Shown here piece by piece: positions 59,234-64,000 of a stretch of 64,000 nt of DNA (position 1 is the stretch's first letter; each line of letters begins with the position of its first letter). This stretch comes from Myxococcota bacterium. GTDB lineage: Bacteria > Myxococcota > XYA12-FULL-58-9 > JABJBS01. The DNA lies in the NCBI GenBank assembly GCA_036339465.1, contig JAYZAY010000085.1, positions 1 to 64,000 on the forward strand. Direction: 5' to 3'. A model generated the notes under the pieces. That model saw nothing but the letters and a program-made list of their open reading frames with translations. It made no database searches and was not told the origin of the DNA. The translations under genes were made by a program, and so were the position numbers.

Positions 59234-61474
59234 TCATTTCAGTTCTCTTGGAATGGGGCTGGGGATCCATCCCTTTTGGTCAGGCGTATACAGTTGTTGA
59301 TAGATTCCCCAGGTTTGCATGACGCGTTTCACATATTTTCGCGTCTCCCGAATTGGAATGTCTTCGACAAATTCATCCAGCGAATCTCCGAGGTGTCTTT
59401 TCCACCAAGTTTTAACCCAGGGCATGGTTGAATTATACGCCGCAAGGGTCATCGCTATATGCCCTTTGAGTTTGTCCTGGAGCCCTCTTAAAAGCAGTGC
59501 GCCGAGCCTGGCATTCAACTTAGGGTCAAATAGTAGCGTGGAATCGGAAATGTTGATTGGCGGCTCTAGCTTACTCCCTAAAGCTTTGGCCCGGTCTGGC
59601 ATGAGCTGAACCAACCCCATAGCACCGGCCCAACTAAGGGCTTCTGGATTGAAGGCACTTTCTTCTCTTGCAATAGATTGTAAGAGCAACCCAGGAATAG
59701 TCTGCTCGCTTTCTGCCGCCCCAAGTTCATCTCGAAATGCCAATGGGTAGGCCATCTCAAATGCAACTTTGGGCAGATTTGAACCGGCCTGAAGGAGTTC
59801 GCTGGTCATGTGTCTCCGCAGAAAGAGTTGCCCGTGAGCTGATTTGCCCACAAGTTGAAGGGTCTGCGCGACCGAAATCAGATGTGCCAACCGGTCTTCA
59901 CCAATATGTTCCTTGGCCCTAAATTCGACGCCCCGAGCCCGATTTTCAGCCCATGGCGTTAGGCCGTAGTAAGCATGGTGGGCCACGGTTCTAAACTCAG
60001 TGGATTTACCGGATTCTTCTCCCTCCTCTGCCTGGACGTAGGAGCCCGAAACCGAGTAAATCTGTCTGAACTTCAATGGCTCGGAGACTCCTACTTGCCC
60101 TAGGCGGTGCCGGGCTAAGTGCCCATAAAATGTCAGAGGATATGCTGAGAGCAAATGTTCGAACTGCTTTCTCATGTCGCCTGTCCGTTTTTGTTGCTCA
60201 TAAAATCGGCCGATCCAATAGATAGCCCGGGCTTTTTCGTGGATATCTTTAATACAGCCGGGGCTTTCGAGTGAGTTCGAAAGGTGAGTAATGGCGTCAG
60301 GCAATTCATGTTGTCGATAGGCCATCCAACTCATTCGCCAGAGGGCATCGGCGCAGTGGTCTTTGTCCTGACGTAATTTTGGGATCCTTGAATAGAAGGC
60401 ATTGGCCGATCCGATCTTGTTTCGACGCTGGTACAGGTCTCCTGCCCAAAATAGGATGTCATCGACCATGGTATGTTGCGGGTAGTTTTCAAGGAACTTC
60501 TGCATGATGGGAATCGCTTCTAGGCCGTCCGAAATAGAGACCACCTTTGCCCATACATAATGAGCTCTACGGCTAATACTCCTATCCGGACAACCCAACG
60601 CAACCTTTTCTAGGTCGGTAGCAGCGTCTCGGTAGTTATGTGTTTTGCGGTAGGTGACGCCCCGCGCGAAGCGGAGTCGACAATCCTGGCTGGCAGTCAG
60701 TTTTGTGGTTCCAAGTGAACCAAGTGTCTCAAGGACTCGAGAATTCTGGTGTAGATTTACGAATGATTCCGCCCGACGAATCTGAAGTTCAACCGGTGGC
60801 GTTGATTCTAGGTCCGCCTCGGTGAATAAGGTGGGCGCTTTGGTATAACCGAGTTGAGCGAAATGTTTTCTCAGTTTTTCAGATGCATGTGAGGAAAAGG
60901 CGTCCACAAAAAGCCTTAGAAAATAGGCGTACTCCTCATAGGATAACTTGTCGACTCTAAATCTCTCGAATTCGGTCTGGAGCTTGTCGATGGAGTTGTA
61001 AGAATGGACCAATGCTTGGGCCACCAGTTGCCAGGCACCGCCAGTCAAAAACCCCTCGCTTTTGAGCAACCGATCCGCACTTTGTAGGACTGCGGCCCAG
61101 TTTTGCTCCGCACCACTGACAAGCAGATTGAGTTCTTTACAACTTTTTTCTAGGATTTTTTGTTTTTCGAGTCTGGGTAATAGCCGCTTTGCCTGAGTGA
61201 GTTCACCGGAAGCCACCGAGGCCCACGCTCGGATAAATAAAGCTTCGTTGGAGTTCATATTAGCTACCAGTCGGGAGGCTGAGGGAAATTGCCCCATTTC
61301 AATATGTTGGCTAGCCCGACGAATGATGTTCTGGGGGGCCTGTGGCAGCCAGGTTCTACTTTTGACCTGATCTGACGTGCGTTCCAGCGTGCTTTTAGCT
61401 AAACCGGAGGTAGGAAACATGCCATGAGCCAAAGCGAGACCGAGGTAGATTAGAGCCTTATTAACCATAGGCAC
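59234..61474 (-). CDS. Soluble lytic transglycosylase (TPR repeats plus SLT domain)
   Basis: Signal peptide, TPR helices, IAREESAF, GAMGLVQLMP, AAYN, IP..ETRKYVKRV. Confidence 0.92.
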   Translation of the reverse strand: MPMVNKALIYLGLALAHGMFPTSGLAKSTLERTSDQVKSRTWLPQAPQNIIRRASQHIEMGQFPSASRLVANMNSNEALFIRAWASVASGELTQAKRLLPRLEKQKILEKSCKELNLLVSGAEQNWAAVLQSADRLLKSEGFLTGGAWQLVAQALVHSYNSIDKLQTEFERFRVDKLSYEEYAYFLRLFVDAFSSHASEKLRKHFAQLGYTKAPTLFTEADLESTPPVELQIRRAESFVNLHQNSRVLETLGSLGTTKLTASQDCRLRFARGVTYRKTHNYRDAATDLEKVALGCPDRSISRRAHYVWAKVVSISDGLEAIPIMQKFLENYPQHTMVDDILFWAGDLYQRRNKIGSANAFYSRIPKLRQDKDHCADALWRMSWMAYRQHELPDAITHLSNSLESPGCIKDIHEKARAIYWIGRFYEQQKRTGDMRKQFEHLLSAYPLTFYGHLARHRLGQVGVSEPLKFRQIYSVSGSYVQAEEGEESGKSTEFRTVAHHAYYGLTPWAENRARGVEFRAKEHIGEDRLAHLISVAQTLQLVGKSAHGQLFLRRHMTSELLQAGSNLPKVAFEMAYPLAFRDELGAAESEQTIPGLLLQSIAREESAFNPEALSWAGAMGLVQLMPDRAKALGSKLEPPINISDSTLLFDPKLNARLGALLLRGLQDKLKGHIAMTLAAYNSTMPWVKTWWKRHLGDSLDEFVEDIPIRETRKYVKRVMQTWGIYQQLYTPDQKGWIPSPIPRELK

Positions 61475-61693
61475 TTCATGGCGGATCTCGGCAGGCGAGT
61501 CCAGATTTGAATCTTTTCGGTATCGAAAGCCCAGCCCGTCCTACATTTAGACCGCAAAACTACATATTTTAGTCCCTTAGGTAGTGTGTTTACCGTCGGT
61601 ATTCCGACTCATTCCCCATCAAATTGGCAGCCTTTCGACGATTTCTACCGTCATCCAGCCGTAAGTACTCGAAATTCTATGGGTGCTGCCAAA

Positions 61694-61709
61694 TGGCATG
61701 GGATTTGCT
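61694..61709 (+). promoter_or_regulatory. Sigma-54 (-24/-12) promoter
   Basis: TGGCAT-GGGAT-TTGCT with exact GG-N10-GC spacing, 60 bp upstream of ATG 61769. Confidence 0.65.
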
Positions 61710-61768
61710 GCTTTCTTGTTGAAGGTTGGTGGCGAGTTATTGAGTGGCGCCCTTTTTGGAGGTTATCG

Positions 61769-62779
61769 ATGGTCGATTCAGATTCGGGTATTTTGGCTTT
61801 AGCTCTGGCATTGGTTCGAAGCACGGACCGCAGAGAGGTTTTAGATAAAGCGATGGAGGCGTTGGCGGAGGTATTCCCCGGCATTTTTTGGACGATACTT
61901 TCACAAGAGGCAACGCAGCCTCAAGCCGAGCTTTGGGTCCAACCGGGATTGGGGAGAGATGCGGTTGCTCCATGGTTGAGTCGTATGCTACCACTAGAAA
62001 TCGACCTCCCTTCGGGCTTACCGGAAAATTCAGCCTGCCCACTCGGAAGGGCCATTTGGTACAGATGTGAGGCAGGACAGAATGAAGTCATTGCCCTAGC
62101 GGGGTGGGTTCTCCCGGGCTGTTGTGCCGTGGGTAAGGTTTTTCTTCGATCGGCAGTGCAGTTGATTCAATCTTCCCTGATTGGGGTTCAACAAATCGAA
62201 ACACTCAAGCGGCAATCAACCGTCGACTCGCTCACCGAGCTGTCGAACCGGCGCGGAATCTATGAGTTATTGAATCGTGAAATTTCCCGAGCTGAGCGAT
62301 ACCGGGAGCCAATTTCCATTATTTTCATCGATCTAAATCGTTTTAAGAAGATCAATGACAGGCACGGGCATCGAGTCGGCGACCGAGTCTTGAAAATGGT
62401 AGCGTCTGTTTTAAAGGATGCTGTGAGGGAATCCGATGTTGTCGGCCGACTTGGTGGTGATGAATTTTTGGTCATTCTACCGCAAAAGAAACTCCTAGAA
62501 GCTGAGAGAGCGGCCCAACGCTTGGCGAACTCAGTAGGGAAAATTTCAATGAATGTTGGTAACGAACATATCCAACCAGATATTTCGGTTGGGGTTGCCG
62601 AGCGATGGAGTGGAGATTCTATTGACACCTGGATCGAACGCGCCGATGCTAGAATGTATCAAAACAAGAAAGGGGCCATAATAGAAGAGATTGTGGCTCC
62701 GTTTGGAAAGTCCCAAGTGGTGATTCAGCGGCTTATGGTTGGGGGCACCAGGAGAGCAGCTTTGACCGCCGTTGCTTAG
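61769..62779 (+). CDS. Diguanylate cyclase (GGDEF) with degenerate GAF-like N-terminus
   Basis: DSLTELSNRR, DLNRFK.IND.HGH.VGD, RESD I-site, GGDEF. Start moved to ATG 61769 (GGAGGT SD). Confidence 0.93.
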   Translation: MVDSDSGILALALALVRSTDRREVLDKAMEALAEVFPGIFWTILSQEATQPQAELWVQPGLGRDAVAPWLSRMLPLEIDLPSGLPENSACPLGRAIWYRCEAGQNEVIALAGWVLPGCCAVGKVFLRSAVQLIQSSLIGVQQIETLKRQSTVDSLTELSNRRGIYELLNREISRAERYREPISIIFIDLNRFKKINDRHGHRVGDRVLKMVASVLKDAVRESDVVGRLGGDEFLVILPQKKLLEAERAAQRLANSVGKISMNVGNEHIQPDISVGVAERWSGDSIDTWIERADARMYQNKKGAIIEEIVAPFGKSQVVIQRLMVGGTRRAALTAVA

Positions 62780-62934
62780 GGGGATTCGGGGGGCGGGACC
62801 CTTGGGGGAGGATTACCCCCTAAAAGTCGATAAACAAAATCGCCTATTGTATTGAGGCGTTTGGCCGTTAGAATCATGAGGCATATACTGCCGGTTACGA
62901 AAAGATCGATGAAGCTTAGAGAGTTCATGGTGGC

Positions 62935-63861
62935 CTAGATGTCGAAACCAATTTTAAGAGAATGGCTCTGTAGGAGTGAGTCTATATTTGGCACGGCCCC
63001 AAGGGTTAACTCGTAGGCTACCTGGAGAAAAGCGTATTTGGCCTTCATGCCGATGAAGAAACGCTTGCTTTGGTTGTTGTACCACTGAATTCGGTCGAAT
63101 ACGTAGAGGGAGCCGTTTGTTTGTCCATTTTGGTCGATGCTTTGGTCTTTAACTTCGTAGGGCGTTTCGTCGATTACTTGGGAAATTGCGTCGACGTAGA
63201 GAAGGCCGAAGCCTAAGTAAGGAACCAGTTCAAATACTCCAGAAATTCCGATGGGTAGGGAGGTTATCGTGTCAATTTCCGCAGTTGTGATTTTCACGTC
63301 GTTCGCATTGAAGAGGCTTCCAATCGAGGCACGCAGGGCGAACGATGGAACCCATCGATAATAAGATTCATGGATGGCAATTTTGAAGTCGGTTCCTAAA
63401 AAGAACATTTCACTAAACGCAAGATAAGAGCCGGTTAGGCCCAGTTCTGACGAAAAAGGTAGTCCCTTACGTATTTGCATTGTTGGGATCCAAAGTCCGC
63501 TGGGCACGCCTTCACCACTTGCGACCCCTCTAAACACAGGGGAGCCCGCTTGGCCTTGCCAATACGCGGCATCTTGATGAATATCCGCGAATGTATTGAC
63601 GAAAGCGAATTCAAACCCACTTGCTCCGATGGTTTCAGCTGGGCCCAATAGTCGAGGAGCTGCGGCCATCGCAAGTTCGTTGATGAGTGAACGATATCTT
63701 AGAAAGGCGGGGTCATTGGTTTTGTTTGGCGCGGGGCGACCAAGCCCTCGGAGGGTAAGATCGTAACTTGCGGCGCCAGCGCTTTCGCTTCCGAACAATA
63801 AGAAGGTACAACCCAGCACTCTTAATATCTTTGATAAAGTCGATGGAATTTTCTTTTGCAT
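62935..63861 (-). CDS. Hypothetical exported / outer-membrane beta-barrel protein
   Basis: Signal peptide, GAGGA SD, amphipathic strands, ends KIGFDI. Confidence 0.65.
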   Translation of the reverse strand: MQKKIPSTLSKILRVLGCTFLLFGSESAGAASYDLTLRGLGRPAPNKTNDPAFLRYRSLINELAMAAAPRLLGPAETIGASGFEFAFVNTFADIHQDAAYWQGQAGSPVFRGVASGEGVPSGLWIPTMQIRKGLPFSSELGLTGSYLAFSEMFFLGTDFKIAIHESYYRWVPSFALRASIGSLFNANDVKITTAEIDTITSLPIGISGVFELVPYLGFGLLYVDAISQVIDETPYEVKDQSIDQNGQTNGSLYVFDRIQWYNNQSKRFFIGMKAKYAFLQVAYELTLGAVPNIDSLLQSHSLKIGFDI

Positions 63862-63883
63862 TTCAAATCCTCGTGGGGGGGGG

Positions 63884-63912
63884 AATATTCACTTACCGTC
63901 CCGGGCTGTCAA
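63884..63912 (-). promoter_or_regulatory. Possible sigma-70 promoter
   Basis: TTGACA-N17-AATATT on the minus strand, followed by a C9 tract and the SD. Confidence 0.4.
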
Positions 63913-64000
63913 CTCTAGAACACAGTTCTGTGAATAAGATTTCTTGTAGGCTGACGAGGTTGGTTAGTTCATCGTCACTCGGGGCGAGGTCGGGGAGAGC

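Overview
A gene-dense bacterial chromosomal segment of moderate GC, mostly housekeeping genes. Gene content and protein style suggest a Myxococcota/deltaproteobacterial-type organism (inference). Core genes include tyrS, mfd, a three-gene biotin-dependent acyl-CoA carboxylase, clpS-clpA, tRNA-Phe, prfA-prmC, mgtE, rsgA, serS, tig-clpP-clpX-lon and recA. I found no mobile element, prophage or CRISPR array. Reading beyond the ORF track shows several things it misses. (1) A selenocysteine trait: selD really starts at 34710 and has an in-frame UGA at its catalytic position followed by a SECIS-like hairpin, and a UCA-anticodon tRNA-Sec sits directly upstream of serS. (2) An ORF of at least 774 codons running off the left edge, with oomycete transglutaminase-elicitor-like motifs. 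(3) Decayed cheY and cheA remnants. (4) A sigma-54 promoter before a diguanylate cyclase and a LexA-like box at recA. The most unusual intact items are a CheA/CheW-less chemosensory-like operon in which two uncharacterised proteins both end in G-x-L-E-F-F, an exported protein fusing a flavinylation motif to a TlpA thioredoxin, a STAND ATPase-TPR regulator with two winged helices, and an MltG with a cytoplasmic GAF-like extension. All calls come from motif recognition by eye, with no database searches.
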